Below are positions 63,064 to 64,000 of a stretch of DNA of 64,000 bases, one piece after another (position 1 is the first letter of the stretch; each line of letters begins with the position of its first letter). The notes beneath the pieces were generated by a model that was not told the DNA's origin, made no database searches, and was given only the letters and a program-made list of their open reading frames with translations. Source of the stretch: an uncultured cyanobacterium (GTDB taxonomy: Bacteria; Cyanobacteriota; Cyanobacteriia; Cyanobacteriales; CAWUOF01); the NCBI GenBank assembly GCA_963744145.1, contig CAVUSO010000001.1:3232001-3296000 (forward strand). Direction: 5' to 3'. Position numbers and translations under genes: made by a program.

Positions 63064-63948
63064 ATGAAAAAAATAGTTAAATCATCCTTTCGGATAATAA
63101 GCCTTATAGTTAAATCGTCCTTTCTTATAATAGGACTTGTTGTTAGTGTTTATCTAGGACTAGTCATTGTCTTCATGTTTTGGCCAAATCGACTAATGTT
63201 TTTTCCTTCTTCAGTTATCAAAGAAACACCTAGAAATATTAATCTTACTTATAAAGAGGTTTATATTCCTATTGGTAAACAAAAGCTAAATGCTTGGTGG
63301 ATTGAATCTCATAATCTCAACAGTCCTGTCCTATTATATTTGCATGGTAATGGTGGTAATATAGGAGACTATTCAATAGATAGTAAATTTTTTCATGATC
63401 TAGGAATATCTGTGTTATTTATTGATTATCGAGGTTATGGTCATAGTACTGGGGATTTTCCTACTGAAAAGAGTGTCTATGAAGATGCTGAAGTGGCTTG
63501 GAAGTATTTAGTAGAAGAGAGAAAAATTTCTGCTAAAAATATCTTTATCTATGGTTATTCTCTTGGTAGTGCAATTGCTATAGAGTTAGCCAAACAACAC
63601 CAAAACAATGCGGGACTTATTATTGAAAGTTCTTTTACTTCCATTAAAGAATTGATCGATTATTATCAAATTCCTTTGCCAAATACTAATTCAGTGCAAT
63701 ATTTTGATTCGATAACTAAAGTTAAATCTCTTCATATTCCCATTCTTTTTATACATGGAAGCGCTGATGAATTTATTCCCCCTTATATGAGTAACAAATT
63801 ATTTATGGCATCTTCTGGTCCTAAGTCTCTTCTCATAATCTCTGGTGCAACACATTCTAATGCCTTAGAAAAAGGAGGATCAATCTATCGCCAAGCTGTT
63901 TTTAACTTTATCAAAAACCGTCAAAATTTAAGGAGTTTAAAGAACTAA
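63064..63948 (+). CDS. Alpha/beta hydrolase (ABHD/BEM46-like)
   Basis: YLHGNGGN, IDYRGYGHS, GYSLG nucleophile motif and IHGSADE. Confidence 0.92.
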   Translation: MKKIVKSSFRIISLIVKSSFLIIGLVVSVYLGLVIVFMFWPNRLMFFPSSVIKETPRNINLTYKEVYIPIGKQKLNAWWIESHNLNSPVLLYLHGNGGNIGDYSIDSKFFHDLGISVLFIDYRGYGHSTGDFPTEKSVYEDAEVAWKYLVEERKISAKNIFIYGYSLGSAIAIELAKQHQNNAGLIIESSFTSIKELIDYYQIPLPNTNSVQYFDSITKVKSLHIPILFIHGSADEFIPPYMSNKLFMASSGPKSLLIISGATHSNALEKGGSIYRQAVFNFIKNRQNLRSLKN

Positions 63949-64000
63949 GTTGATACCAATGGAATATAAGTATTTTAAATGAAAACAAATTTTGAAAAAT

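Overview
AT-rich cyanobacterial chromosomal DNA, judged by dense HIP1 octamers (GCGATCGC), psaK, ado/aar and desC. Positions 1-20.4 kb are mostly housekeeping: ylqF, a USP gene, pgk, rbp with two rpsU copies, ahcY, dedA, psaK, trpF, folE, the ado-aar-accA alkane cluster and a MacAB-type exporter. Positions 20.4-54.3 kb are an accessory, IS-rich region. It holds a decayed ParA-like(KGGVGR)/P-loop ATPase locus, a CsbD stress-protein array, IS1634, two inverted ISAs1 copies, an intact IS605 (tnpA+tnpB) and a non-autonomous IS200/605 derivative. It also holds a TPR-CHAT gene, a cbpA-cbpM-eRF1-like-mgtA/ppk2 module, a caspase-CHAT-NTPase-GUN4 gene, a PIN toxin-antitoxin pair and Uma2 fragments. The right end carries FUSC, a YnbB-like gene, desC, Uma2, Tn3 remnants and an alpha/beta hydrolase. 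The most striking signal is at the 3' end of the large GUN4-domain gene: a G/T-rich segment lies between a duplicated GHLP-coding anchor and a tail with TAA stops in all three frames at 7-nt spacing, suggesting a length-variable, frame-tolerant diversifying C-terminus. No reverse transcriptase, CRISPR array, tRNA or rRNA was seen. All family assignments come from motif recognition, not database searches.
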